Of a stretch of DNA of 64,000 nucleotides, positions 18,631-28,664 are shown piece by piece; the first letter of the stretch is position 1; every line of letters starts with the position of its first letter. A program made the translations under genes and the position numbers. A model generated the notes under the pieces. That model had not been told where the DNA came from, did no database searches, and was given only the letters and a program-made list of their open reading frames with translations. This DNA is from a virus. The stretch lies in the IMG/VR virus record IMGVR_UViG_3300018080_000004, one strand, 5' to 3'.

Positions 18631-18915
18631 ATGTCCGAAGCGCAGATCGAGTTCAAGGACGGGCCGGGCCCGTGGCAGCCTTGGGCGGTCCGGGTGGGAA
18701 CAAGGTCCGAGATCGAGAAGTCGGCGCGTGGCCTCTTGGCCGAAATCCGGGAAGAGTACCCTCGCGGGCAGGTCTCCATCGTGGACGGCCGAGGCAAGCG
18801 CCGGAGAGTGAGGCTCAATGGCGGAGGAGAAGCCGAGGAGAAGGAAGCCGGGCGTCGCCCGCGAGTCGTCTCCTCGTCGCCCCTCACGGTGCGGTTCGAG
18901 AATCCCCTGGCGTGA
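18631..18915 (+). CDS. Small hypothetical protein
   Basis: SD AGGAGG directly downstream of the promoter. Confidence 0.6.
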   Translation: MSEAQIEFKDGPGPWQPWAVRVGTRSEIEKSARGLLAEIREEYPRGQVSIVDGRGKRRRVRLNGGGEAEEKEAGRRPRVVSSSPLTVRFENPLA

Positions 18916-19276
18916 GCAACAGAAAGACCACGCCAAGTCCTTCGGCACCGAGCAGCCCGGCTCCGGGTGCGGTGCCCGAAAGGGGGACATCCTCGGCCGC
19001 GTGCTCCTCCTGGAGGAGTGCAAGACTACCTCGGCCGAGACCATCCAGGTCTCTAAGGCCGTGGTCATGAAGATATGCCGGGAGGCGCTCGCCGTGGGGC
19101 GCGTGCCAGCCCTCGGCTTCGGCTACGCGGACGTGCCTCACGGGTTCCCGCAGGAGTGGGTGGCCCTTCCCAAAGCCGTTCAAGAGGTCCTCTATCGGAT
19201 CGCCGAGGCGGCCCTCGGAGACCTCGACGACCCCGCAGTACAGGAGGAGATCAAGGCATGGACCTCTCGAATCTGA
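18818..19276 (+). CDS. PD-(D/E)XK nuclease, Hjc-like Holliday junction resolvase
   Basis: QPGSG...KGD...EECKTT pattern. Confidence 0.65.
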   Translation: MAEEKPRRRKPGVARESSPRRPSRCGSRIPWREQQKDHAKSFGTEQPGSGCGARKGDILGRVLLLEECKTTSAETIQVSKAVVMKICREALAVGRVPALGFGYADVPHGFPQEWVALPKAVQEVLYRIAEAALGDLDDPAVQEEIKAWTSRI

Positions 19277-20220
19277 ACCTTCCCTTCGTCGGAGACAAGA
19301 CCTGGAACCGTGTCGAGCGGTACTTGGACGTGCAGCCCAACCGGCGCCCGCGCCACGCCGACGATTACTTTCACGCCTCCCAGGTCAAGGGCATGTGCCC
19401 GATACTCGAATACTGGCACCGGACGTGGCTCCTGGAGCTCAAGCGAGCGCGTGGAAAGAACAGGGAGCGCCTCAAGAAGCTGGTGCACGCCTGCCTCTAC
19501 GCCAGCTCCCCGAAAGGGTCCCTCCAGGCCATCTTCGACACCGGGACGGTGATCCACAAGCAGGTGCAATACTACTACGGTGTTACCGGCCTCCTCGTGG
19601 GGGCGTGGCGCTGCCCGACGTGCGGCCACGTGGTGAAGGGCAAGGAGCCGCTCCAGATGCCCCGCGTGCGCGTCGTCTCTGCCAGCGGCCACGGCATCCA
19701 CGACTTCGACCTCTGCCCGAAGTGCTCCAAGAACCACGAGACGTGGCCTCACTGGGAATACGTCGAACCGTTCGCGGTAGACGACGCGGAGCGCATCGCT
19801 GGCTCTACCGACGGCTTCCTGGACTACCGGTTCGCCGGGGACACCTACCGGGGCATCCTGGAGGTCAAGAGCATCAATCAGAACGGCTACGAGGAGAAGT
19901 ACGGCGACCCGCTCCCGAAGCCGGAGCACGTCTTCCAGGCGTCCATCTACATGCACCTTTTCGGGCGCCAGTGGGCTCTCATCCTCTACTTCAATAAGAA
20001 CAAGTCCGAGGTCAAGGAGTTCATCGTCCCGAAGGACCCGGCGGCGTGGGATTTCTCCGTGCGGCGGTCGCGGGCGGTTCTCCAGTCCCTCAAGAAGCGG
20101 CGCCCTCCTCACACGGACTGGAGGACCTGCCGGAAGATCAAGGACCCCGAAGCGCGGTCGTGCCCGGCTGCCGCCGAGTGCTGGGGCGAGAAACCTCCGG
20201 AGAATTTTATGGCACCATGA
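19258..20220 (+). CDS. Cas4-like PD-(D/E)XK exonuclease (Fe-S type) with Zn-ribbon insertion
   Basis: MCP, GTVIH, GSTDG, LEVKS, QASIY, C-terminal C..C..C. Confidence 0.8.
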   Translation: MDLSNLNLPFVGDKTWNRVERYLDVQPNRRPRHADDYFHASQVKGMCPILEYWHRTWLLELKRARGKNRERLKKLVHACLYASSPKGSLQAIFDTGTVIHKQVQYYYGVTGLLVGAWRCPTCGHVVKGKEPLQMPRVRVVSASGHGIHDFDLCPKCSKNHETWPHWEYVEPFAVDDAERIAGSTDGFLDYRFAGDTYRGILEVKSINQNGYEEKYGDPLPKPEHVFQASIYMHLFGRQWALILYFNKNKSEVKEFIVPKDPAAWDFSVRRSRAVLQSLKKRRPPHTDWRTCRKIKDPEARSCPAAAECWGEKPPENFMAP

Positions 20221-20265
20221 CCCGCTTGTCTGGTACACTGTAAACGTACCGATACAAGGTGTGGC

Positions 20266-20520
20266 ATGGCAAGAACCAAGTCCAAGCAGAAGTCGGTCAA
20301 ACCGGCACGGCAGCGGCGCGTTTCCACCCGCGAGTCCATCGAGGGAGCTCTCAAGAAGCTCGGTTACAAGTCCTTTGACGCCTACCTCTTCGACCGGGCA
20401 GGGAAGACCCTTGCAAGCATGGCAGACGAGATGGGGATTCCCCGCCCGTCCTTCGCCGCCGAGCACCGTCGGCACGTGCTCGAACAGGTCGAGGAGGGAG
20501 ACCCCCTCGACACCCCTTGA
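20266..20520 (+). CDS. Small basic HTH-like protein
   Basis: KTLASMADEMGIPRPS helix-turn-helix-like segment. Confidence 0.5.
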   Translation: MARTKSKQKSVKPARQRRVSTRESIEGALKKLGYKSFDAYLFDRAGKTLASMADEMGIPRPSFAAEHRRHVLEQVEEGDPLDTP

Positions 20521-20545
20521 CAGGGGGGAAATCGCTCCGTAGCTT
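20517..20545 (+). promoter_or_regulatory. Possible sigma70 promoter
   Basis: TTGACA-17 bp-TAGCTT upstream of SD GGAGG/ATG 20576. Confidence 0.45.
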
Positions 20546-20575
20546 ATACCCCATATTTAGTGGAGGTGTCAGCGT

Positions 20576-21340
20576 ATGGGCCCACTATCTGAGAGTGCAA
20601 TCCGGAAGCTCTCCCACGGGCAGATACGGGTACAGATAGAGAAGCTCGCTTCCGACATCCACGCCAATAACCTCGCCCTCGGCGGCCTCATCCTGCGCGT
20701 GCGGGAGGAGGTCCTCTGGAAGAAGTGGGGGACGAGGACTTTCCAGGGCTTCGGCGACTGGTGCTGGGCCGTCCTCGGCTTCCGGGAGCGCAAGGCCGAG
20801 GAGCTCGCAAAAATATACACCACCCTCCAGGAGCTCCGGGTGTCGGGGGGCGTCAAGCAGGACCTTGTAGGGCTGGGGTGGACGAAGCTCCGGTTCATCT
20901 CTCGCGTGCTCGACGACGACAACGCCGGGGAGTGGCTCCAGAAAGCCCAGAACCTCTCGTCGAGGGCCCTCGAAGCCGAGGTCAGGATCGCCACCGGAAC
21001 GGAGACCCCGGACCCGCTCGCCGAGGGGGACGACAAGGCCAAGCGTACGCGCATACGCCTGGGGCTGGAGTTCGACGACCCCGACGACTACCGGTTCGTC
21101 GTGGACGCCATCGCCACCATCGAGCGCCGGACCGGCGAGCAGGCCAACGGCCGGATTATCAGCATGATGGCGACGGCCTATTTCGCCATGCACCTGCGCG
21201 ACGACGAGGGCGGCATGGCCGTCGAGGTGGAGCGGATGCTCCAGGCCATCGAGCGGGACTACGGGATCAGGCTCAAGATCATCGGGAAAGAGAAGCCCGC
21301 CAAGAAGGGCGGCAAGAAGAAGGGCGTAGCGAAGCGGTGA
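20576..21340 (+). CDS. Putative DNA-binding protein with Lys-rich tail
   Basis: Helical FGDWC...LGF..RKA..L..IY pattern common in phage DNA-binding proteins. Confidence 0.55.
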   Translation: MGPLSESAIRKLSHGQIRVQIEKLASDIHANNLALGGLILRVREEVLWKKWGTRTFQGFGDWCWAVLGFRERKAEELAKIYTTLQELRVSGGVKQDLVGLGWTKLRFISRVLDDDNAGEWLQKAQNLSSRALEAEVRIATGTETPDPLAEGDDKAKRTRIRLGLEFDDPDDYRFVVDAIATIERRTGEQANGRIISMMATAYFAMHLRDDEGGMAVEVERMLQAIERDYGIRLKIIGKEKPAKKGGKKKGVAKR

Positions 21341-21633
21341 AACCCGATACACTCATCAAAGCGGCGGACGAGGCGTGCCCTTTCGTGGGGACAGAGCGCC
21401 GCGTGTGGATGGCGGCCGTTCGGATGCTCGTGCGGCACGGGGCGGTCCTCTGCCCGACGGTTACAAGCATCCGGTTCCCTGTGCGGCCCAGCGACGCCGG
21501 GCGCATCATCAATAAGGCTGTGATTCGGGTGCGGCTCCTCCTGGACCGGGGGACCAGCGTGGGGGAAGACGTAGCAATCGAGGAGGCAGGGCGAGATGGG
21601 ACGCTCGCGTACAAAGTGTATGCCATGCGTTGA
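21337..21633 (+). CDS. Hypothetical protein
   Basis: GTGA overlap with upstream stop. Confidence 0.5.
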   Translation: MKPDTLIKAADEACPFVGTERRVWMAAVRMLVRHGAVLCPTVTSIRFPVRPSDAGRIINKAVIRVRLLLDRGTSVGEDVAIEEAGRDGTLAYKVYAMR

Positions 21634-22036
21634 GAATACCGGCGCCGTTGTGCTGGCCCTCTCCGCACTCGATCCGGGGCACTGGATCGTACCGCTCGTG
21701 CTCGCCGAGATGCCACCGGAGGCGGCATTTCGCGTCCTCCGCGTGTGCAGCGGCCTCCTGTTCCCCATCCACTCCATGCGGGGAGAGCAGGGGATCGAGG
21801 CCGAGCTGAGAGAGGTCGTCGGAGCGGAAAAGGCCGAGGCGGTCCTGGCGCTCGGCGACGCGCAGAGCGTGGAGTTCCCTCCCTTCGAGGACCTCCACCG
21901 GCTCGTGGAGATGGCTCGGTGTTTCACGTTCTCGAAGGCCCTCGGCGAGGAGGAGGCGGCTGCCCGGCTGGGGCTTTCGAGGAGCACCGTGCACGCTCGG
22001 CGGGCCTATGTCTGCCGGAAGATACAGGGAGGGTAG
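21620..22036 (+). CDS. Putative transcription regulator, C-terminal HTH (Mor-like)
   Basis: EEEAAARLGLSRSTVHAR; located just before the packaging genes. Confidence 0.5.
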   Translation: MPCVENTGAVVLALSALDPGHWIVPLVLAEMPPEAAFRVLRVCSGLLFPIHSMRGEQGIEAELREVVGAEKAEAVLALGDAQSVEFPPFEDLHRLVEMARCFTFSKALGEEEAAARLGLSRSTVHARRAYVCRKIQGG

Positions 22037-22456
22037 GTGAAAGCAGTCGAAGCTGTGGAGATGGAGAAGCGATCCACGATGAAGGACCCGAAGGTCCTCC
22101 TCGTGCTCCAGCAAAGCGCGGAGCTCCAGCGGATCGTGTCCGTCTGGCCCAGCGTACCGAAGACCATCGAGCGCCTGTTCACCATGACGGCTGAGGCGCC
22201 GGTGGACCGGCAGCAAAGATGGGAGTGGCTCTGGGGCCTCGTGGACGTGGACAAGGGCTTGTGGCTCCGGCTCGCCCTCCTGGCGGACAACTCGTTCAAT
22301 AGGGACCTCCTGGAGCGGGCCATCACGCTCAAGCTCGTATTTCCGGACGGGAGCCTCCAGGGCTGGGTGGACCGGTTCGTCTCCTTCATCTCTGTGGGCA
22401 TCTTCGCCAAGGGGAAGAAGGGGAAGAAGGACGTGCCCGAAGTAGCCGAGGGGTAG
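22037..22456 (+). CDS. Hypothetical protein
   Basis: SD GGAGG, abutting neighbours. Confidence 0.55.
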   Translation: MKAVEAVEMEKRSTMKDPKVLLVLQQSAELQRIVSVWPSVPKTIERLFTMTAEAPVDRQQRWEWLWGLVDVDKGLWLRLALLADNSFNRDLLERAITLKLVFPDGSLQGWVDRFVSFISVGIFAKGKKGKKDVPEVAEG

Positions 22457-22457
22457 T

Positions 22458-23249
22458 ATGGCGACGCATGCGGGAAAAGTGCAGTGCGCCCTGTGCGGGC
22501 AGTGGTACAAGCAGCTCACGGTCTCCCACTTCAACCGCTACCACCCGGAGATGTCCCTGGAGAAGTACAAGGAGGTTTACGGGCCCACTACCGCCAGAGA
22601 GGCGGCTGTCGCCTCCCTTCCCACGGAGGTCTTGAGCCCGGTCGCCACGAAGCTCGTCGAGCAGATCATGTCCGACGAGTCCCTCGTGAGGGACCTCACG
22701 GCCAAGATCGGCGACGGGCTTTTCGGGCAGGTCATGAGGGGCACCACCACCAAGGCCCTCGTAACCGTCCTCCAGACGCGGCTTGCGGCCCTGGAACGAG
22801 CAGCGCACAATGTCAATAGGGTGAACAGCGAGCTCTTCGACGACTGGCGAGTGACCCAGGGGCGCGAGGACGGCGGCCCGACTCCCACGAAGGACCTTAT
22901 CGACATGGCGAAGGTCGGGCAGTCCGAGCTCCGCGACATCGCCGAGACCGTCCTCCGGATGGGGCAGATGGCGGTGCTCGACGGCCAGCGGAACATCGGT
23001 CCGAACTTCAACATCCAGGTATTCTCCGGCGAGCACGAGAAGGTGGTCATGCCGGAGGGCCTGACACCCCAGCGGCGCGAGCAGATGCGACGCCTCGTGG
23101 ACCGGTTCACGAGGCCGAAGCGGGACATCGAGGCGATCATCGCCAAGGCCCGTGCTCTCCGCGACGCCGACGGGGCGACCCCCGTCGAGGTACAGGTGAA
23201 GGATGCAGCATCCGAAGAGGGAGAAGATAGCGACAGCTCCTCTGACTGA
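22458..23249 (+). CDS. Putative terminase small subunit with N-terminal Ros/MucR-like zinc finger
   Basis: CALCG...SH...H...YKEVYG; immediately upstream of TerL. Confidence 0.5.
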   Translation: MATHAGKVQCALCGQWYKQLTVSHFNRYHPEMSLEKYKEVYGPTTAREAAVASLPTEVLSPVATKLVEQIMSDESLVRDLTAKIGDGLFGQVMRGTTTKALVTVLQTRLAALERAAHNVNRVNSELFDDWRVTQGREDGGPTPTKDLIDMAKVGQSELRDIAETVLRMGQMAVLDGQRNIGPNFNIQVFSGEHEKVVMPEGLTPQRREQMRRLVDRFTRPKRDIEAIIAKARALRDADGATPVEVQVKDAASEEGEDSDSSSD

Positions 23250-25218
23250 GGAGCAGCTCGAAGCGGTCTTCCTGGACATCGAGAAGGGAAGCGACCGCCT
23301 CTTCTCCCAGCTAACCCCCATCCAGCGGGACTGGTTTATCCGACTGTTCGAGGGCCTTTCCGACGGCGACGAGGCCATGCTGGAGGCCCTCTACGCCCAG
23401 GACTACGACCATATCCCGGTGCCCCCGGAGGTCTTCTTCACCGAGCCCGACTACCTCGGCCACATGGGGAAGAACCTTTACAAGGCGTGGTGGCCGCACG
23501 TGCTCAACATCTGCGACCCCCAGCGGAACGTCTCCGAGGTGATCTTCACGGGGGCCATCGGGTTCGGCAAGTCGTTCGTAGCGAACGCCCTCATCCTCCC
23601 CTACAAAATTTATTGGCTCTCGTGCCTCAAGAATCCGGCCCGGTACTTCGGCCTCGCCGATAACACGAAGATAGTCTTCGGGGTGTACGCCATCACGAAG
23701 GACCATGCCGAGGAGATCGGGTTCTACGACCTCCGAGATCAGGCCATCGACCAGAGCCCCTACTTCCGCTATGCCTTTCCAAGGGTCCCGAACGACGGGA
23801 ACTCCCTCGTATTCGACAAGGGCATCCGGGTCCTCGTGGGCTCGAAGGAGCTCCACGCCATCGGGCACAACCTCTTCGCTATCTCCATGGACGAGCTCAA
23901 CTTCTACGAGCAGGGGAAGGGGACGAAGCGCAAGGCCCACGACCTCGTGGCGGCCGTCTCCAGGCGCACCGAGTCCCGTTTCCGCACCGAGTCCGGCGTG
24001 GTGGCGGGGTTCGTGGTGCTCATCTCCTCGAAGCGAACCGAGACGGACTACCTGGAGGCCCGGCTCCGGAAGGTCAAAAAGCTCCCTGGAGTGTACGTCG
24101 TGGATGCGGCCTTCTGGGACTTCGACGAGAAGACGATCTATTCGGGCATGAAGTTCCGGGTCCAGCTCGGCGACGAGTTCCGGGATTCCAAGCTCCTCGA
24201 CGAGGTGGAGTTCGACGCGGACGGAGTGGAGGTCCTCGACATCCGGGAGATCGACAAAGAAGACGACACTGCCGAGGTGGTCCCCGTCCCTGTCGAGCAT
24301 TACAAGGCGTTCGTCGAGGACCTCGACGGCTCCATCCGGGACATCGCGGGCCGCAGCACGCGGGGGTTCACCCCCTTCTTCGGGAACAAGCAGCTCGTTC
24401 ATGACATGGTGGACGCCTCCCTCCCGGCGGCGTTCGACGCCGAGCGCATCCCCATCTTCGTCCAGGACAGTCGGCAGGTCATCGAGGCGTTCAACGTCAA
24501 GCGCCTGTGCCGGGTGCACATGAACCGATGGAAGCCCACCCGGCACGCCTCGGCGCCCCGGTACATCCATATCGACCTCGCCAAGAACAAGGACGCGGCC
24601 GGGATTTCCATGCTCCACCCGTCGAGCCACTTCATCACTAAGGAGGAGGACGACGAGGGGCGCCCCCGCGAAGAGGACGGCGTGCCCATCATCACGGTGG
24701 TCAAGGAGCTGGAGGTAGACTTCGCGCTGGCAATCACCGCCGGGCCGAGGGGGGAGGAAATAGACTTCGAGAAAATCCGGAAGTTCATCATCTTCTTGCG
24801 GAATATCGGCTTCTGGGTTCGCCGGGTGACCTACGACTCCTGGGAGTCCGTCGATTCGATTCAACTGCTCCGGGGCGCGAAGTTCAACGCGGACGTGCAG
24901 TCGGTGGACCGCACGGCCATCCCCTACAAGACCCTTCGCCGGGCCCTGGCGGAGAGGCGGATCAAAGCCCCTCCGAACGAGCTCCTCCGGATGGAGCTCA
25001 TCGGCCTGGAGCACGACGTGGAGGCCGATAAGGTGGACCACAGGGCGGGGGAGTCGAAGGACGTGGCAGACGCTTTGTGTGGGGCGGCCTACGGGTGCCT
25101 CACGGACAAGATCAAGCCGGGTGACGTGCCTCCGGAGCACCGGGGCGGGGGCGACTCGACAAGGGCCTCGAAGTACGACAAGTACCTCGACCAGCTACAG
25201 GGGGTTGCCAAGAGATGA
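23203..25218 (+). CDS. terL: Terminase large subunit
   Basis: TGAIGFGKS Walker A, SMDE Walker B, IHIDLA, TYDSW, VDH...SKDVADA nuclease motifs. Confidence 0.9.
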   Translation: MQHPKREKIATAPLTEEQLEAVFLDIEKGSDRLFSQLTPIQRDWFIRLFEGLSDGDEAMLEALYAQDYDHIPVPPEVFFTEPDYLGHMGKNLYKAWWPHVLNICDPQRNVSEVIFTGAIGFGKSFVANALILPYKIYWLSCLKNPARYFGLADNTKIVFGVYAITKDHAEEIGFYDLRDQAIDQSPYFRYAFPRVPNDGNSLVFDKGIRVLVGSKELHAIGHNLFAISMDELNFYEQGKGTKRKAHDLVAAVSRRTESRFRTESGVVAGFVVLISSKRTETDYLEARLRKVKKLPGVYVVDAAFWDFDEKTIYSGMKFRVQLGDEFRDSKLLDEVEFDADGVEVLDIREIDKEDDTAEVVPVPVEHYKAFVEDLDGSIRDIAGRSTRGFTPFFGNKQLVHDMVDASLPAAFDAERIPIFVQDSRQVIEAFNVKRLCRVHMNRWKPTRHASAPRYIHIDLAKNKDAAGISMLHPSSHFITKEEDDEGRPREEDGVPIITVVKELEVDFALAITAGPRGEEIDFEKIRKFIIFLRNIGFWVRRVTYDSWESVDSIQLLRGAKFNADVQSVDRTAIPYKTLRRALAERRIKAPPNELLRMELIGLEHDVEADKVDHRAGESKDVADALCGAAYGCLTDKIKPGDVPPEHRGGGDSTRASKYDKYLDQLQGVAKR

Positions 25219-28202
25219 GAGCAGCCGACCTACTCGAAATGGTGATGTTTCCGTGGTCCAACCTCGCCCGCATCCAGGGCCTCACGCGGCGCCCGGAGAT
25301 GGGGCGCAGCTACCCGATGCCCCAGCCCAGGGACAAGGCCCGCTCCAGGGACCCCATCGAGCGGGGCTCACGGTCCGGCGACTGGGTGGACCAGATCATC
25401 GGCACCCAGCGGCAGTACACGCGGCTGGAGCTCTACGCCATCTACCGCGAGATGGACATGGACCCTCTCATCACGTCGGTTCTGGACGCCTACGGCGAGG
25501 ACGCCACCCAGCGGGATTTCGAGAACGGGCGCACCGTCTGGCCGACGGCCAGGAACGGCGACGTGAAGAAGATCATTCTGCGGTGCCTCGACCGCATGCA
25601 AGTCGAGGACGTGGCCTTCCCCATCGTCCGAGCCACCTGCAAGATGGGGGACCAGTTCGAGCGCGTGGTGGCGGCCAAGAACGCGGGCATCCTCCACATT
25701 CGGGGCTACGATCCGTGGGACGTGGCCCGGATCGAGGACGAGGACGGCCGCCTGGAGGCGTTCTCCCCGTGCGACGCCGAGGGGCGCCCTACGAGGGTGC
25801 AGGACAACGCCGTTCCGTTCTACAAGGTCCTCCATTTCCGGCTCCGGGGGCAGAAGCGGAACGACATCTATGGGTCGTCGCTCCTTTGGGGGAGCCGCGA
25901 GAAGTGGAGGCAGCTCCAGCTCATCGAGGACCAGATCGTCCTCCAGAGGCTCCTCCGGCGCCCGGACCGGCTCCTAATCCTCATGGACGTGGGCGGGATG
26001 GCCCTCGCGGAAGCCTATGAGGCGTGCGTGGCCCCGGATTCCTGGATCACAACGGAAGACGGCGTACAGCATGCCGATACGGTGTGGGCCAGGGTGGAGG
26101 AGGGGGAAAACGTCCTCGTCCGGTCCGTTCGTGGGTGGGAGACCATCACCAAGGCCCGAAAGGTGGCGAAGGAGACTTCCCGGTGGACGTTCGAGCGCGG
26201 CGTGATGCTGGACGCAAGCGGGGATCACCGCGTCGCCATCTGGACCCCGGAGCAGGGGATCGACTGGAAGCGGCTCGAACACCTGGAGCCGGGTGACGAC
26301 GTGGTGGTGGCCGACGAGCCGGATGAGGCGTTCGTGCCCGACGACGACCTCGCTTACCTCGTGGGTCTCTTCGTCGGTGATGGTCATTGGCAGCGCAGGA
26401 ATCAGACGGACTACTCCGTCTTCATGCTCGACGCTCACGAACGGGCGGAGGGCTACGCCGAGATTGCCAGGATTGTCGATGAGATCGACCCGGATGGCTG
26501 GACGCGGGGGTGGTCGCAAGGACGCCTGTGCGTCAAGAGTCCTGTCCTGACCAGGGCGCTCGCGGAGGCGGGGTTCTCTCCCGGAGCAAAGACCGGGAAA
26601 ATCCCGGCCCACGACCGCTGGCTCATGGCGGGGGGAATGAACGGTATCCTGTCCTACGTTCAGGGCCTTATGGACGCCGAGGGGCACGGAGGGAAGGATT
26701 GCGTTTCAATTCGCATGCGCGACCGTCTTCCCCTGGAGTACGCCCACCGCGCCCTCTGGCGTGTCGGGATTCACAGCACTTTGGAGGAGTACGTTGCCCA
26801 GGGCAGCCCCGTCTTCATGCTGACAATCTCCGGGAAGGATGCCGACCGCTATCTGGTGCAAGTGGGCTTCCGGCTGCCGTGCAAGCAGGGAAACAAGACA
26901 CCGGCGAACAAGGATCGTCAAGGGACGCCGGAGTCGGCTCGTTTCGTCTGTGAGATGATCGAGGCCGGGGTGCCTCCCATGATGCTCGCGGCGGCATTCG
27001 ACGTACCCCGCTCGCGTATCTACCAACTCAAGTGCGGCCAGAAGCTCCTGACCTGGACGCGCCTTGCCAAGGGAGTGAAGCTCCTTCTCTTCGGAGCTCC
27101 TATCGCCGGGGGTGCGGTCTCTGTGGAGGCGATGGAAATCTGCAAGAAGTACGGGCCGATGGAGGGCTTCTCCACGGCCAAGTTCGTCGGAAGCGAAGCT
27201 CTCGGCGTGCAGACCCTCATCGACTTCACCGTCGAGGGCGGCGAGTCCTTCGTGGCGAATAACATCCTCACCCACAACTGCAAGGAGTGGGAAGATCGCA
27301 TCTACAAGGAGCACAACGTGGACCCGGTGTCCGGCCTCTTCACGAGCCAGGGGATGCCCCTCCACGAGGCGCGGGACCTCATCCTGCCCATCGGCCAGGA
27401 CAATCAGACCCGCATCGAGAACCTTCCGGCGACCCAGGGGAACGACCTCTTCCGCGACTACGAGATCATCCTGGGCCGCCTCCTGGGCGGCCTGAGAATC
27501 CCGAAGGGCTATCTGGGCTTCGAGGGCCAGTACGAGCCGAACATGAGCCTGGGGAAGCAGGACGTTCGGTTCGCCAAGACGGCCACGCGCATCCAGCGGG
27601 CCTTTCTCGTCGAGCTCGTCCGGGCGTGCATGATCGACCTCGCTTTCCACAACCTGGACCCCTTCGACGAGGAGAACGCTTTCGAGCTCCACATGAGCCC
27701 CGTGAGCGCGTTCGCCGAGATCGAGCGGGCTGAGCTGCTCCAGATGCGCGTGGACCTCATGGACCGGCTCTCGCGCCTGGGACAGGACATGCAGTTCAAC
27801 CCGGACGTGTGGACCACCTACGTCCTGGAGGAGGTGGGGCGTCTCCCGAAGGACATGGTGGAGAAGCTCCGGTCCGGGAGCAAGGAAGCGGCCACGGAGG
27901 CCGTTGAGGCGATCAGGGAGGACCCCAAGGCCCTCGCCGGGCTGACTCTCATCATGGAGGGGACGCCCTCGGTGGGAACCGGAGGGGTGGTCAACACCAT
28001 GAAGGGCGGCCGGGAAGCGGCCCAGAAGGAGCTCAAGGAGGCTGTCGAGGGGCTGGCGAGCGCCGAAGACCTGAAAGCCTGGGAGAACCTCAAGCCCATC
28101 GCTGCCGGTGCCAACATGGTGCGGGGCGAGGAGCTCAAGCGGGCGCAGAGGCGCCTCCAGGCGATCCGGGGCCTCGCCCGTGTCCCGGCGGTGAGCGCAT
28201 GA
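25215..28202 (+). CDS. Portal protein (T4 gp20-like) interrupted by an intein
   Basis: YREMDMDPLI..LD, VLHFR, YGSSLL, RRPDRL..MDVG, LLGGLRIPKGYLG, QDVRFA; follows TerL. Confidence 0.88.
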   Translation: MRAADLLEMVMFPWSNLARIQGLTRRPEMGRSYPMPQPRDKARSRDPIERGSRSGDWVDQIIGTQRQYTRLELYAIYREMDMDPLITSVLDAYGEDATQRDFENGRTVWPTARNGDVKKIILRCLDRMQVEDVAFPIVRATCKMGDQFERVVAAKNAGILHIRGYDPWDVARIEDEDGRLEAFSPCDAEGRPTRVQDNAVPFYKVLHFRLRGQKRNDIYGSSLLWGSREKWRQLQLIEDQIVLQRLLRRPDRLLILMDVGGMALAEAYEACVAPDSWITTEDGVQHADTVWARVEEGENVLVRSVRGWETITKARKVAKETSRWTFERGVMLDASGDHRVAIWTPEQGIDWKRLEHLEPGDDVVVADEPDEAFVPDDDLAYLVGLFVGDGHWQRRNQTDYSVFMLDAHERAEGYAEIARIVDEIDPDGWTRGWSQGRLCVKSPVLTRALAEAGFSPGAKTGKIPAHDRWLMAGGMNGILSYVQGLMDAEGHGGKDCVSIRMRDRLPLEYAHRALWRVGIHSTLEEYVAQGSPVFMLTISGKDADRYLVQVGFRLPCKQGNKTPANKDRQGTPESARFVCEMIEAGVPPMMLAAAFDVPRSRIYQLKCGQKLLTWTRLAKGVKLLLFGAPIAGGAVSVEAMEICKKYGPMEGFSTAKFVGSEALGVQTLIDFTVEGGESFVANNILTHNCKEWEDRIYKEHNVDPVSGLFTSQGMPLHEARDLILPIGQDNQTRIENLPATQGNDLFRDYEIILGRLLGGLRIPKGYLGFEGQYEPNMSLGKQDVRFAKTATRIQRAFLVELVRACMIDLAFHNLDPFDEENAFELHMSPVSAFAEIERAELLQMRVDLMDRLSRLGQDMQFNPDVWTTYVLEEVGRLPKDMVEKLRSGSKEAATEAVEAIREDPKALAGLTLIMEGTPSVGTGGVVNTMKGGREAAQKELKEAVEGLASAEDLKAWENLKPIAAGANMVRGEELKRAQRRLQAIRGLARVPAVSA
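26025..27278 (+). mobile_element. Intein (418 aa) with LAGLIDADG homing endonuclease, in the portal
   Basis: N-terminal CVAPDSWI, block B SGDH, YLVGLFVGDG and YVQGLMDAEG, C-terminal DFTV..ESFVANNILTHN|C. Confidence 0.92.
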
Positions 28203-28504
28203 CGACATCGCACAAGGAGATCACCCGGCGTGTCTGCAAGAGGGCGAAGGTCCCCCAGGCGACGGCACGTCGAATCCTCGCGGCCCTGGCGGATGAGCTG
28301 ACGGAGGCCATGCTGCGGGGGGAGGTCGTAACTCTCTGGGGCATCGGGCGCTTTCGGCGCCGCTGCTACCGTGGGAGGTCTGCAACCCCGACGGGAGGAG
28401 AGGCGAAGAGGCTCCACAACGGCGTGGCCTTGTCCACGTCGGAGCGCCTCCTCAAGCGCCTCCGGGAGGGGATGGAGGTATTCGATGAAGTCGAAGGACT
28501 CTGA
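28199..28504 (+). CDS. HU/IHF-like histone-like DNA-binding protein
   Basis: GEVVTLWGIGRF...TPTGGE...S..L fold pattern. Confidence 0.78.
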   Translation: MTTSHKEITRRVCKRAKVPQATARRILAALADELTEAMLRGEVVTLWGIGRFRRRCYRGRSATPTGGEAKRLHNGVALSTSERLLKRLREGMEVFDEVEGL

Positions 28505-28664
28505 GGACGACACGCGGATCGTGGTAACGTACGAGTCCGAGTGCAAGGTATCTCCGAACGGGAAGCACAAGTGGAGGTCGGGCGAGGGCGTCGTGGGCTA
28601 CACGCCGTGCCTGGAGTGCGTCCACTGTGGTGCGATCACAAACCAGAGGAAGCTGTGCGATTGA
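28485..28664 (+). CDS. Small Cys/His protein
   Basis: SD GGAGG; C...H...CVHCG. Confidence 0.5.
   Translation: MKSKDSEDDTRIVVTYESECKVSPNGKHKWRSGEGVVGYTPCLECVHCGAITNQRKLCD

Noticed and set aside
19258-20220. CRISPR-Cas locus from the Cas4-like gene
   Set aside because: No repeat-spacer array or other cas genes; stand-alone Cas4-like nucleases are common in phages
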